Source: Raillietiella orientalis
Lineage: Eukaryota
Direction of reading: 5' to 3'
NCBI GenBank assembly: GCA_036172245.1
Contig: JAYWIR010000022.1
Span: 744,001-808,000 of the forward strand
Length of the DNA: 64,000 bases
The notes below the pieces were generated by a model, which saw only the letters and a list, made by a program, of their open reading frames with translations, had not been told where the DNA came from and searched no databases. Shown one piece after another: positions 48,731 to 62,900 of the stretch (positions are counted from its first letter, which is position 1; each line of letters opens with the position of its first letter). A program made the position numbers and the translations under genes.

Positions 48731-51700
48731 CGCTAAAAAAAAAAAAAGGATGCATCACATCCAGAGGATTATGCAATCGAAAAAGATGCAAGAGTTAATC
48801 TACGCCGCATTCCCCCCGCCCCCCTCCCGGATCCAGATGGATTACCAAGAAGATACAGGAACAACACCCGAGCAAAACCAACGCCCCTTTTGTGTATCCT
48901 AGCGTATCAGCCAGGAACGATTCCACTTGGAGAACACCAGAGAAATCCAAGTAGGTTCTTTCCGAGCCTCAGTGCTCTTGCGCAGCCTCTTATTAGGAAC
49001 TAAATGTAAAATGGCTCAAATGGTAAGCGAAGAAAGCAAACAAGCAAATCAAGCGTTAGAAGAACACTTATCTTGAAATATTGTTTTCGCATCTCGTTCG
49101 TGAGTTTCAATCTATTGGAACCGAATCCATCTGTTTTTGTCATCTTCTCACGCATGAAAATCACCAATCACATCCTAGAGTATTTTTGCGAACCCTTCGG
49201 GTGCTGGTCTCCCGAGGTTTCACGCCCCTTAGACGCAAATCGTGTTTCAGAATCATTCAGTGACTCCTCCACACCCTGCGGCCCCATAGTGAGCTGCCTA
49301 GACTCGCGGTCTTATGTACATTTCATCTTGAAATGGAAACCGGGACCCCTGCGAGGAGAATTTTCGGACTTCGAGATGAAGGGCTGACGCTCTTCTAAAA
49401 TGCTCTTCCCTTATGATGGCGTCACAACCAAAGACACACTCAGCGTAGGGTGATACACGCCACGACGCCAGCAAGTCTTCAGTATGCGGTTACGAACGAA
49501 CACTCGAAGGGTTTCAGGTATCCGTGATGAGACAAAGAACCGACACTGGCTGGAATCCAAGTTGCTTGCTCCTACAGTTTGTATGCCTTTTCTTAAGCAG
49601 ACCAGGAGCACCATAAGCTCGTGCACTCTTCGCGTTGAAGTCTTCCTTTTCTGATACGCACCAGGAAACAGCTTACTTGGGATGGCATCTTGCTCTCCTA
49701 GTCCATAACCAGCTTTTGTCTGAGGAAAAAGCAACACGCTCCGCAGTATTTCCTCTCAGATAACAGTGTCTCTTGTCATCCTCCATCCAGATTCGGATGA
49801 TCCCGAATCTGTTTGGAAAGATGCTTCAGAGGATATGATTGAGACGCCTCCCCGATTTTCACTCTAAAAACACAATCTGTAGGAGAGAAGCAAGCGAATG
49901 ACACCCTTCTCCTACAATTCACAAAAGACCATAATTCTCTCGGTGCGTGTTTTAGAAGGCTGACATCAGAAAACTCCAGGAAAAAATACTGCTGTGTTCA
50001 TCCCTAATGTTTGGTCTTACTCGCTTCCTACTGACTTCATCGCGATCCTTGGGACGTAAAAATCTGGCAGATGGACGACTTTTTCTCTTGAAAAGAAGAA
50101 CCACGTCATATTCCACAAGAGCCACCAGGAAATTTTCATGTCTCTGATAAGGCATAACGTGTGTACAAGTAGCAGTGCGTGAAATAAGTGAATTTTTTGT
50201 ATTCGAAAGTGTACGCGCGAGGATAACTCAAGAATACATAAAATTTAATGCGAGCATGCTGTAAATTGCGCCAATACAAATAGCACTTACTCTTGTGTGA
50301 ATCCATCTTCCATTGTATTGAGTCATGCAGTCCGTGTATTTCACCCACATCCAGCTTCCAGTGATACCCGTAGGAAGCTTACGTTGTAAGAGTTTCTAAA
50401 ACCCAAATTCTTCCAGCCCAGTTCTTCCATAGTTGTGCTCCGGAAACAGGATAGACAAACCTTGATCCACAACCATTGCTCCTAGCTTTTAAAAAATTGC
50501 CTTACTGCCACAACAAACAGGGGTGGAATATGTGCCTTCACGCACGAGAGGAGGAACATAATATGAACCTACACATGGAGCAAATATTGGTATAGACTCC
50601 AATTTGCTCATTCCCTACGAGATCATCCAAAAGTCACAGAGAGTGATGGGTAGAGATCAGCAGGAGACGCAAAGATTAAGACTACTTTACTGCTTCCTTG
50701 ATAACAACGCATCTGAAGAAAGTGGGTGCTGTGAAAACTCGAGATAATGTGTGCTGAGTGTTTCCGTGGAGACGACCCTGTTCACGAGATCCAGACCGTT
50801 GAAACGGTGGCCCTGACGAAATTCTTCCGGACGATGGGGATGGAAAGCCTGCGCAGAGGGCATGCTGAAACACTTTGGTTCTCAGGAGAAACGCTCCGTA
50901 CGAAAGCTCCTGAGTTCGAGGAAAGAAGTTCGGACCACTCTGCGGAAGAAATGCAGAAGATAATTGCTGCATTAAGAACGTTCACCTTGAAAAACTGACC
51001 GGTCAACTGACCGGTCAGTTCTGTTTTAAGTCTCACTTCAAAGATACATGAACCTTGTGAAAAGGAATCAACCAGCAAAGAGGAACCAATCCGTTTCCAA
51101 GCTTCTAAGAAGCCATAGCAAAGGACAAAACAGTCATCTGAAAATTCATTATCTCAAGTTAGGGATTCCGTTGAGCTTCAGACCTGAATCCGAACGTCCA
51201 TATTATGAGCTTCCTGATTGATTGCTCAGCATCTTAAAGTACCTCACTACATACTGACGGCGAAGTTTCTAATGAAAGATGGGATCCAGCAGAATTGCAT
51301 CCGTTTGCCTTTCTTTGACATGTCAATGAATCAGATCGAGCAAAATGGATGGAGTTGAACAACGGAACTTTAAGACTCGATTCCAAAAAGCCATCCTCAT
51401 CGTGAACACCCAATCCCTGAATCAGAAGGGGAGAATGCTCCCATGCTTCCATATTCATGGGAACATATACACTTTTCTTCCGTTCTGGTCTTTTGAGAAC
51501 CAAATCCTTGAAATTTATTCAAGCGTGAGTAAGGAACGGCCCTGAACGAGGGAAGATTCAGACTGAAAAGCATCTCGTTTTAAGAGTTGTATCAAACAAT
51601 AGAGAAATGATCTCAAAGAGTCAGAATTACATCTTATTTCGAAACAGTTCCCTTATGAGAGCCTTTCGCTGATGTTATTGCTGATACGTGGGCATACAAA

Positions 51701-52099
51701 AGAAGTAGTGCAATGTCATAAAAGAAGGCAAGGTCGCGCAAATCACCAATGACTTGGAGTACCATTAGAGATAGCAAAAGGTTTGGCGCTTCCATGTGCA
51801 AGAACAAAAAGTACTTGTCATCGTCCTTCAGAAGATGCAGAAGACGCTTGAGACTGCCGATGGCTTTTTTCCTCCCCAATTATCTTCACATAGGTGTTTA
51901 TCTATTTATTTATCGATCCCTTACCTTTCTTCTTTTCACGGACCGGGCGCTGGCTTTTCGACAGCAACTACTAAGGGCTTTGGCTTTCCCTTTTTTTTTT
52001 TTAATTGGCAATCGCCGTAATTTGCAATAAATCGTCCTGAGAAACTAGATGCAAGCAGCTTCTTCAAATGACTCTGTTGCGGCATCTCGAGTTCTTCCC

Positions 52100-53850
52100 A
52101 GCGTACGGAACGTGATGCTTGCTCGGCTCACTTGGGAAAACCAGAAATGCAGGAGGGAAAATTCCTCTTAGCCCAACAGTTTCAGATAACTGCGAAGCTC
52201 ATGGAGACGTAACCAAGAAGGGAAGCAGCTGAGAAATTGATCCCTTTTTATTGACAGTTTAAGGACACTTTTTATTTTGATGTCAAAAGAGCTTCTTCAT
52301 AGAGAAGAAAACGAATTTCCATAGGGGACACAGATGCATCGCTTCTCGGCCTTTTGTCCAAGATCAAAGCCAGAAAAGACAGAGGCTTTCAGGAGGCAAT
52401 CTGTAGATTCAACTTTCAAATATTATCCGTACAGCAAATGAAACAAAGCACTAGCCGGAGGCACTTTACAAGCATCCAAATAAATGAGAACCATGCAGTA
52501 CTTGGACCCGAAATCGGATGTGGAAACGTCAAAAAGTGTATTCATTGCAGAGAGGATGGAATATGATGGGATTTTCATTTTGGAAACTTTATCCATCCTT
52601 CTGATTACCCGATAAGAGTTCCAAGCAAAACGTGGGATTGTGGTTTTTAGAAAGATTTCTCGCTAGTGACCACTCTAATTGCAAACTTAAGTTCAGAATC
52701 GGGAATTTCTAACTTTTCTGAGCATTTTTTTGTTGAATCTGACAACTGGTGCATCACGTGCTGTGAGAAAAGCTTGCTGTGCTTCCGATCATCATCTCGG
52801 TCGATTATCTGTTCATTCACGTCTGAATGGAGTGCAATCTCCGACTTTCCCAGTTTAATTGAAGATGGTTGCGGGAAGCAGTGGCTTCCATCGATTCTCT
52901 ACTATCTCATTGGCAAATTAGGCGCTCTTTATTTCAGAATAAGGATGAGGCAGGCTCATTTAAATTAGTGGAGAGCGCAAGTGTTTCTCCTAAACATCTG
53001 CACAATCAACTGAAGTGAAGAGATAATAAACGGAAATTGGAATGTTCTTCCACGTTCATAGGAAGGCCTGCAATCATCAAGCTTGAACCTCAGACTGCTT
53101 TCTCCAGCAACTGTCCCTTATCGATTTCCTACCCTCCGATACCAAGAAGAGTCTGGGGAATAGGTACCTCTCCGAATTCACTCCAAAGCCACTCTGACAG
53201 GCAAATGCGCTTCACCATGCTGTCGAAATAAAAATGTCTTTGAAGTGGGTGATGTCACCTTGGAAGAGTCCAAGAAAGCTGCAGCTGGCTGAAGAAATCA
53301 CTTCCATCAAACCTGTGTGGTACACGGTCAGTGAGGAAATCAGGAAGCCATCCTGGTCACTTGGGAACGATCACAATATTCAACAACCCAGAATAATTAC
53401 CTGAAACCCGTCTTTGGAAGCGATGATCATAAAGGAAGGCAAGGGCAGACAAGAACCAGAGCATGCTTGAAGCGGTTGAAACATCACATGTGGAAGCAAC
53501 AAAGAAGGAAATAGCCAAGATTGCAGAACGGGGCGAGATGAAGGAAGAAAAACGTATGACTCGAACAGCAAAGACTTACGGGCAAGCACGAAAAACCTGA
53601 GAGCCAATTTCTTGTTCCTTCAAGGTGATAAGAAAAACATTTGAACTCCCAGATGCGGAAAACATTTGCGCCTTAAAACGGCATTCGTAGCTTCAGAGTG
53701 TTCACTCAAGTGCACCAAGCCAGATATCCAGAGCACAAGGAGAACGAAGAAGGAGTGAATCTCCGCAGGGCGAACTTCCAAACGAGAACTTTTGTGTGTT
53801 GTTTCGGGACACAGAGGCGGAGGATCAGGATTGAGGATGTCAAACTCCAT
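52100..53850 (-). mobile_element. THAP-domain P-element-like transposase relic
   Basis: LCVPK...LSEH...LRRKCFP (THAP-like), ALRFFVLARKS..LPSSRPVLQSW, FDSMVK, MIAGL..WKNIPISVYY, KMKI..SILS, FWFSQV in P-transposase order. Confidence 0.55.
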
Positions 53851-55099
53851 GCCTTTGCATTAGCCAGCTTTTGCTGCACTCGGTCCAGATTGCCTCTCTC
53901 GCCCCATTGAAGCTGAATAAAGCTCGAGAAAGTCTGGAAATGCATGGGAAGAACGAAGGTGGGTACTTCCACCACCTCCACAGTCTTCTCCTCTTCAACT
54001 TTAGGCATATCCTCGTTCTTTGAATCTCTTCAGCTGCTGAGTCCCGATATCCTAGATAGGTCTTCGTTATCGCTGTTGGATCCCTCTATTTCCTACATTC
54101 GTGCAGTTCAGCCATCATGCAAAAGGATAGAAGATAAACTGAGAGTCTAGGTTTTCGAGCAGATGATGGTTCAGTGGATGTATGATTCTGTGAATACGGA
54201 TGGTACTGTGAATTTTATCAAGTGTTTAGTATGGGATCGAGGGATTCCCAGATCTCAAACATTGTGATCGCTGGCCACGATCCCGGCGATCTCACGAGAC
54301 TTGTTCTCAACGACGCTGTGATCCCCTTGGCGGGCACCTAGAGAGCAATGCCACGATATGAATCTTCTTGTTCTTCCAGCCAGTTTGAATTCTTCTATAG
54401 CGTCCTCAAAGGGACAGCTTACGACCAGAATTATTGCTGCATCTTCTCGACAGAGGTGGGTTCACGAGTTCTCAGTATCTGGTGAGGTGCCCTTGAGGTG
54501 ATACTTCACTGTCATTGTCTCTAATACCGACACAATGACAGATGACTGCATGTTGATGCGCATGTCCTTTTTGTGAGCTGCTTGGGTTATGTGATCTACG
54601 TGGTATCTCTCAAGTATTCTATTTTATCATAACCTTGATCATAAATTACCAGGGTGGTACACAGACTGAGGAGCGACAGCTGTGGCATGATATTCGGCAG
54701 CATCATTGGCAAATGAGCCATCAATGACAAGGCTAGACTGGCGCTGCTTCTGAGGATCCAGTTTCTCTTCTACAGAGGCTGCTTCTTGTCCCTAGAGATG
54801 GCCTCCATGGTATTCTTCTTCACAGGCACAGGAAAGTGTCCTTCCGCCTCTGCGCCCAGTCCACCGACCTGATCCGCGGGGTCTTCACAAAAGTGCTTCC
54901 GGGTAGCTCGACTTCTGGAGGCACTTTGACGCTTCTATGAGCAGCGGCTGCGATAGCAGCAGCACCATCTCCGACGATGCCCTGCCCTCAACGATTTGAA
55001 ATGCCCTTGCAAATCATCAGGATTAGCTCCAGAGGCAGGACGACGCCAAGAGAGACTAGGGTTACTCGAGATTAAGTACCCAGGGTTGGCTCATTGTTT

Positions 55100-56730
55100 C
55101 TCCATCAAAGGAGTGCCTGCATCAGTTCGAAAGGTTTCCATGCGATCTTTAGGTGCCTGGGACCCGGCAAACAGTGGCGTGAAGAGAGGGTTCAATAGTC
55201 CTGGCTCCAGGAAATCCGAGGAGTACATCAGTGCATGCTCCAGCATTAAGGACTCTCAGGGTCCGAGGCAGTCGACAGGTCTGTGTAAAACGACCCTCAA
55301 GAACTCGTCAGGAGGAGAGGGGAGGGAAGGTTGAATGCGGAGAAGGTGAAGAGTCCCAGAATTTGTCTTTCTCCTTCTCTCTGGCCGTGTTCCTGGTTAT
55401 CCCGCTCTGTAAACAACAAATGGGAATTAATCCTCCTGCGTTTCCACGAACAACGCTCATGAAGCAAAGTGAAACGAATGGAAAGATTGGTTGTGCACAA
55501 GCAGCCGAGCTCCTGGTGCGCAATCAATGCACAAGCTGGTGGTACGATGTACACGCTACAACGTAGTATCCAGTGTATATCAACAGTCATGAGAAATGCA
55601 TGCACAAGGCAATTTTACATGAATTTATCGCATCGCAATTATCATTTCCTAATTTGCAAAATTTGCTCCCACATCGTCATCGTACATGTACTTGTGGACG
55701 TCTTCCCTTCGGCATTCGTATCGAATGCCGAGGACCTGCATAGAATAAGTTAGCATTCGTCCTTATAGGTGGCTGCAAAGACTCGAATGCACTGTGGATC
55801 ATTGCCCTTGGAAGTGGGTGAGATGGCTCTGGAGTAGTCCTTCATTTCAATAGTGTGTTCATGCAACGGAATAACTTTGCGCTGCATGAGATCGTGGAGC
55901 TGTACGTATCGTACGACACATATATTGCACACGTATAGCCCACAAACATCGCTTGCAGAAAAACATTCGCCCGGAACCTGCTGTTTCTCATGGATGCCAG
56001 TATTTTTGTTCTCGAACTGCTCAATGGTGGCCATTTTAGAATACTCATGTTTACTGAAACTTTTCTTCTATTCCCCACTGTCACGCAAGTTCCTTTATTA
56101 TTGAACCTTATGTTGATGCCATTTGCCATGAAAGAAATGATCGCCGATGTGCAGGAATCACCCCAGCTTCGCTGCTAGAGCAAAGTCTTTTTTCCTCTGA
56201 GTGCAGCAGCAGAGTTAGTGAGTTCTTCGTGTTTCTCGTCTTGCAGCTGGAAGAGGGGCAGCACATGAGTCCCTTATATCCGAAAGCATGCGTGACTTAC
56301 TGCGTACCTCCAATCCGGCGTTCCCCCTCAGTCCGGCTGTTTTCGGGTCGAGCACGGGCGCTTTCGTAACACTTCCTTTTGCCATCTTCTTCTCAACCTT
56401 TCCCTGTGCATCTTTACTTAGAGTAAGAAGGCAGGCATTTTGTATGCCTCAAAAGAACCTTGCGGACGCTCAGAGTTTTGAGATTGACAGGCAAGCCCTT
56501 GATCTCTTTGTTCTGCTCTTCGGGGACTTGCTCTTCATCGGAAAAAGAAAAAGCGAAAAACATCATCCTCTGCTTCCTAAAAAGTTTATCAGACAGATGG
56601 TTGAGGATCGTAATGGAAAACGAATCCTCAGTGACGGGATTCAAAAACACAATCCTGACCATTTCACCTATTTCCAGTTTCGAATCATCACAGTGTGCGT
56701 GTGCATCACATCTGAAACACAGCATAGTGT
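55100..56730 (-). pseudogene. Possible decayed ZAD/C2H2 zinc-finger gene
   Basis: LCFRC...VTEDSFSITILNHLSDKL (ZAD-like), YVCNICVVRY..LHDL...H, CGSKF and KPFE remnants; many stops. Confidence 0.3.
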
Positions 56731-59700
56731 TGTCTTGTAGTTTACTCCCAAAAGCATTGCCACTTACTACACTTCAATCGCGATGGGTATTCGCCTGGTT
56801 GATCCATAGCTGCCAGAGACACTGCAAAGCGAATATCTCCGTTCTTCCATCATAGCAATCACACAGAGGAATCGTATAGCAACGCATTCACAAAGCAGAA
56901 GCTGCAGCTTTCTTTAGAATCCAGATTTCATATGAAAAAGAAAGAACGAGCCGGCACGAATGGATGCAGAATTGCAACATCCTTCCATTTTTCTCTGACG
57001 GCCACTTTTGAGAGGGCTCCCGGACCTCCAACTCTTATTCTTGGCCTCTGCCCAGGAAATTCTCCAACTGTTTGCTATTAGAGGAACTTTTTTCCTCACA
57101 TTAGCATTGATTAAATGATGCTCTTTCCCGTTTCAAACGTTCATTAAATGCGTCAGTCACATGGCTGGAAAAACTTCTTGATGGAGCTTCAAATCTCTTT
57201 GCTTGGTGTGCCTATGATGACCAAAGTTCTTCAGCCACCCACCCCCTTAAACAATTCCTCCTAGCTGATTTGATTCATTACGTGCTCTGTTTGAAAGTTT
57301 TGTTTTCCATCAGCCACTCAACTACCGAAGCAGTCTCCCAGCCACAGGAGAGATTCATTCGAATATCGCTCCTCCTGACATGACGTGCCGGATAAATCAT
57401 TCATCCCTTGCCTTGCTCACCATTGCAGCCTTACGAGATGCTGACGACGTTTGCCACCACTCGGTGGGGAAAAACCACGCGGGCCAAACACCGTCTCGAT
57501 AAGTGCTCGTGGTGTCGCGTGAACACCCTCACAGGTCACATGTGAAAATAGGCGCGAGTCGCCGTGATTTCATACATTCTATTTTACAGGGAGGTTCGTT
57601 TTAATATAATTCACGGATGTTTTTAGAAAACAGTAAGTTTAGTAGGAAGATCGAACATTCATTATCGAACACCTTGGACATGCAAGGTGCTCCACAAGGC
57701 TCGCACTGCCGTGCACATGCGATAACCCGCATGAACAATAATCTTCTTTTTTCATTTTATTTTTTTCCTACCCTATGGTCAAAGAAACTGAAGTTTGTCG
57801 CACGGAACGCTCTTCAAGGAATGAGTCGGGAAGAACACCCATTACCTAACTTGTTTCATCTAATCCCGATGGGAGCCCTGATAGCAAGTGCATGCTCCAC
57901 CCTCTGTAGAGAAATAAAGTAAATGGTAGCGGGAATCGAGTTGAAAAAATTCTCTCTTCGGGGATGGAGCGTGCCCATTGCCAGGGGGGACGAATGCCTA
58001 TATGTGTTGGGAGCTTACTGTCCTTGTTTGAATTCTCGCTGGCATGGGAACAAGATTCATGAGCTCCGAGTTGGGTCCCACGGGAAAGACGTTCGAATAC
58101 GTGACGTCATTTATCTCGATGGCTTCGCCGTATCGTGCGTTCACGGGAGATGCCGCAGCACCGTTCCCCGAGTTAGCATGGGGTTGGCAAGCGAAAGAGA
58201 TGTCGATGCCGAAAGGTCACTCCGACCTGCCACTGAGAAGATGACAAGGGACATCGTTCCTCGTTTTCCAGGAGCTGGCGTCCCGGGAAACAAACAGGAA
58301 CCCTCTGAGGAGCAGCGAGCTTTGCGTCTCAGAGCAAAAAAAAAAAATCCGTGTTTCAATTCACAGGAGTTTTCTCGACTCCATCCCGATCATCCTGAAG
58401 ATTGCCAGAATCCTCATGACCAACTTTCAGGACGAAACCATTCCAGTATCCGTGTGTGTGCGTGCGTGTGCGTGCAGTGCAACAAACGTATCTACCGCAT
58501 CGAAGGCCACGGAAGGTTTCCCGTGAACCTCAGGCATTCCCAGATCCGAGTTCTGGAGAATTATCCCACATTACATCTCTTGATTAAGTCCTGAGCAGAG
58601 GTTCCGCTCCGCGCCCTGACCCTCCGCCGGGAACCTAACTGACGAGAAGCACGCCAATTGGTGGTTGCGAACACTTGCCGCCAGACGTGCCTGCGTCATA
58701 AGCTAAGACACGCTGCTGATCGAAATTCTCCGGTACTACAAACCGGCTGCAGAAGACGAATAACCACATTCCACATTTTCCGTTCTTTTGCTTGCTCCAG
58801 GAGCCTCGCTTCATCAGAAATAGCAACGAAACTGGAAAAGCAGGAAAAAAAACATCCAATCTCGGGATGTGAAAAACTCTTCGCCCTCTGGGGTGCGCGT
58901 CTCTGTCAGCTGTTGCATAAGTGGAAACGCATGATTAAATTAGGCGCTGAATCTGAGAACTGGGAGAGATTATTGCAAACACCGGCGGATCCGTAGCTAC
59001 GGCTTCTATCTAACACAATAAACAGGAACACCCAGACTCGGACCGCTTCAAATTGTACCCAGCTGACACACACGTATACCAAAAGCACGTGCGTTTTTCA
59101 TATCTAGGACGAGGAAAAAGTGCGTGTGTTCGTGTGCTCTTCGTGCACGTGTGTGTGTGTGCGTGTGTGGCTTGTGCTGAGTGCACCATTCCCGTTCCGA
59201 ATTCTCTCTTCGTCCAGACTGCTGACGAAGGTAGAAATGCCACGGGGCGAATTTTTCTCCATGCTTCTTTCTCTTCCTCGTCGGGGGAGCCTTGTGTGAT
59301 CCAGCGTGCTCGCTCAACAGGGGAAATGGACTTGCGAGATTCTGTTTCACGGAATCCCAGCTCCAAGTTTGCAAATGAAAGGGTTCAACAGAACTTGCCT
59401 GTGATGGGGCATTCTCATCGTTGATCCTCGTTCTCGCAGCATCTTTTCTAATGAGTTGTCAGCATGAGCCGACAACAGCACGGCGTCTTCGTACGGTGGA
59501 CCTGGCACAACCTTCTTCCACGCTTTGGTCCTTCATTCGTCCATGCTTTCACTATCCAAAGGTTCCTGAGAACAGCCGTAGCCCATGATGCACAGCATAT
59601 CCCCGTGTGACCTGCAAGACGCGCTGGAGTTATACAAGCCTTATGGTCACGAGTGGATGGCATGATCGTAATTACAAAAGATATAAACAGTATCTTGAAC

Positions 59701-62354
59701 GTTATAACAGCAAACATTCATCTATGCACTTTAAAAAAAAAAAGAAAAAAGAAAACAATAAAAAAAATGCCTGTGTACCATGTAACTTGGAGTACAAGAA
59801 ACTTTTGGAGTTCTATTCGTATTGAGTCAACTTGGTTTGAGCTCCTTCGTTGTCGCTGCTGAAAAACGTTTCCATCTCTGGAAATAACATTGGAAAAACA
59901 AGAGGGGAGCATCATCTGACAACGTAAAAGTGAAAAACGGAAAACACCTAAATACGTATTCGTATTTTTTATCAAAAACAGCTGAACCGACACGAATCCA
60001 TAAAGGAGTTAAATTTCACCCTCAGGGGGAGGACCCACGACCACCTTATAGTGTCGCCGTTTCTTCTTTGTACGCGGGTCTCCTGTCCTTGCCTACGCTG
60101 AACGACCACAGAATCAGGAATTGGCAGGTGGATCTCACGCGAGAAAAGTACGCGATTTCGTGGATGTCCTCGCATATATGAAACACGCATGCTACTACCT
60201 CGCGACTCTCCGTAGACCACTCGGAAAAGCCACGCAGCTCATTGGGAATGGCTCCAGAGACCAGGAAGGTCGGGATCCAGGGAATCCGGAGCTGTGATAC
60301 TTTTGCTGTTGCGACTGCACGGCTGCCTGCGGAAGCATCAGCCGGGAAGGGGGAAAGAAGAACTCCTCTTTCGTACACACAGGGGGCGAGGACGGAGGAA
60401 CGAAGGAACCTTGCAGGCTTAACGACTCTCTTTGCCCGCTGGAGGAGCCACGGGACAGCAAATCTGGCGCTCAGAGGAAGAAACGAGCACCATGAAAGCT
60501 GTCAGCTCCCAGCTGTCGGAGGTCGCGAAAGAAAGAAAGGTCCTCGACTTTCGCGCGTCGACGGAATGGAATTCTGAAACAACATGAAAGTGCACGGAGA
60601 TTGCTGAGAGGTAGGCAAAATGCAAAGGTGGCAGCCTTCTCACAGCTACGGAGAAGAAATCTCAGCCCCCAAGCAGCCTCCGGGTTCGTTTCAATCTCTT
60701 TAAGTGTACGAGGCTGCTGGCGAACCACAGAAAAGCAAGTAGCTCTTCAAGTGCGCCCAGGAGCATTTTTTCTGGATTTTTTTTTTTTTCCGAATCGAAA
60801 ACAATGGTGGGTCTCCTTAGTGAGCAAAATAGTTCTGTGTGTCCTTCCAAGAATTGAAGTGCCTTGAAAGGTCAGAGTGTTCTCCCTTTATTGTTGAGAT
60901 CTCTATCTTCTCGCCGACCAACACTTGCAGAAGAATAGTAAAAATGGTTGGTAATCAATGGTTCTCTAGTCAGTTTTAATGCCTTCATCACTCATTTCAT
61001 CAAGCAATTTGAATGTGAGAACATCAAAGACTGAACACCTATTCAACTATTCAGTCTTAATCAACCAATGGCTTCGGAAAATTTTCCTTCCTTCCTTCGA
61101 CAGTATGGAAACCTTCCTTGACACCAAAATGAGAGCATTCGATTGTTTGTTCTTTGGATCTTCGAGAGAACACAGCCACGTAGCACTGCAAATGACTTCC
61201 TGAAGATCGCTTATCGTTTCTGGTCCACCCATCTTGAAATCTCGTCTTCTAGATTTTGGGGACCTTTGCTCATTACGGAAGTGTGAACGAATCCGGACTC
61301 GGAGATCTGTGGATCTCCGAGTCAGGATCCCCAGTTCTTCTTCACTTAGGACGACTGGCAACCACGGGGGACGATTAGGCGAAAATTCTGGACGAAGGGC
61401 AGCTTCTCCAGAAGTATTACGCTACGCCATCTGTAGGGCGTCTTTTATGTTTCCGAATCCCGCTGAAATCCTGTAGCTCACCTTGAGCAAGGTTGAGCTG
61501 CGTGGTCGACGTCCTCGACCTTGTGGATTCACAGAACGCTGTTCGAGAGAGGTGTCGGTTTTCGTTCGAAAGTGAATGTCAGCTAGCGAAAACGGAGATG
61601 GCCCTTGCTGTGAGATACTTCATATGCTGTCTCTTCCCCAAAGATAGCCGCTATGTCGTGGAGTGCGCTTCACAAGCGTTGTTACCCAACCGGAAGTCTC
61701 CTTTTTGAGGCGAAACATCAAAAAGGAAAGCCAGTTACTCTTTCCCGATCCATCAATATCTGGATATTTCTGGGATAGAACAGGGATGTTTTTGGCTGGG
61801 CTCCACCGCCACAGAGGACCGAGAGAACCCTCATGTCAAAAGGAACTGTCAAAGGGAACTGCCTTTAATGCATGTTCCCACATATTCGAACGGCCCGATG
61901 ATTGGTCTAAGTGCCTTTTGATGCAAGCTTCTGCTATTTTGAGCTGAAATATGGAATGCTCCACAAAACATACGTGGCATTTATCTGTAAAAAACAAAAA
62001 TGCTTTTCACTTGACATAGTTGCAGAAGAATCTTCGTACCCTTGGTCCGTTCATTTTCTTTATGCTTCCTACTTGTCTTGGTATTTCTTCTTGAGGAAGG
62101 CACTGAAGCTGCTCTGGATGAGAAAACGTGAATGCATCATCCAAAGTAGAAATGAAAAAGAGATTCACTCCAGGATCGATTTCGGATTTTACCCTTCTCT
62201 GATTTGCTGCTTCCTACTTCAGAGGAAGCGATTCTCAGAAAATGGTCAACCCTGTTTTTTGATCCTTAGATGAAGCGTGATTGGACCGGTGGTCCAGCCA
62301 CGATCTTTGTAGGTGTTTATTCGGGAATAAAGTCCCCGGCGCAGCCGTGTGATA

Positions 62355-62900
62355 ACTCGGGCATCCTTCCGCGTTCCGGAAGCACGCACGGGACTGTTCC
62401 CGCTGTCCCGCAGTAAAGGCATCCCAGGAACGCCCTTCCCACTGAAGCGCGGTGGCGTTGCTCTTTTCGAGCGAGTGCCCAGCGCACCAGCAGGATGGCG
62501 GTCTGCTTGCTTCGGAGAGACAGGATGGAGGCGTCGACCACGCAAAGAGCGGAATCTCAATGCTCTTCCGGGGAATCCACAGAGATTCCATCCACCTCGG
62601 GGAACCCCGAGCTGAACTTTCTCGCGTGGCCTCGTTCGCCAGACGGGGGGGTCTCTTACTGGCCAATGAGCTTGGTGACCCTGGATATAGCAGGTCATTC
62701 CCAACAGGTCACCGTGCTTTTCCCAATCCCAGAGATCTTGTCGGTAACGCACGCACGGCGTCTTCAGTGGCCGGAGACTGCGTTTTGGGAGCAGGATGAC
62801 ACGGTCCGCTATCCCTGCAAGGAGAGGATTTCTCACACGACTGATGGCATTCTCGAGGGTTGAACTTTCCACCCGCATTCGCGTTTCCTGAGATTCCCGC
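62355..62900 (-). mobile_element. LINE ORF2 C-terminal fragment (same family as 48300-48730)
   Basis: DASILSLRSKQTAILLVRWALARKEQRHRASVGRAFLGCLYCGTAGT. Confidence 0.75.

Noticed and set aside
49661..49673. caggaaacagct resembling the M13 reverse primer or vector
   Set aside because: 12-nt match only, with no flanking vector sequence
57923..58594. 223-aa ORF
   Set aside because: No recognisable domain; runs through poly-A and GT simple repeats
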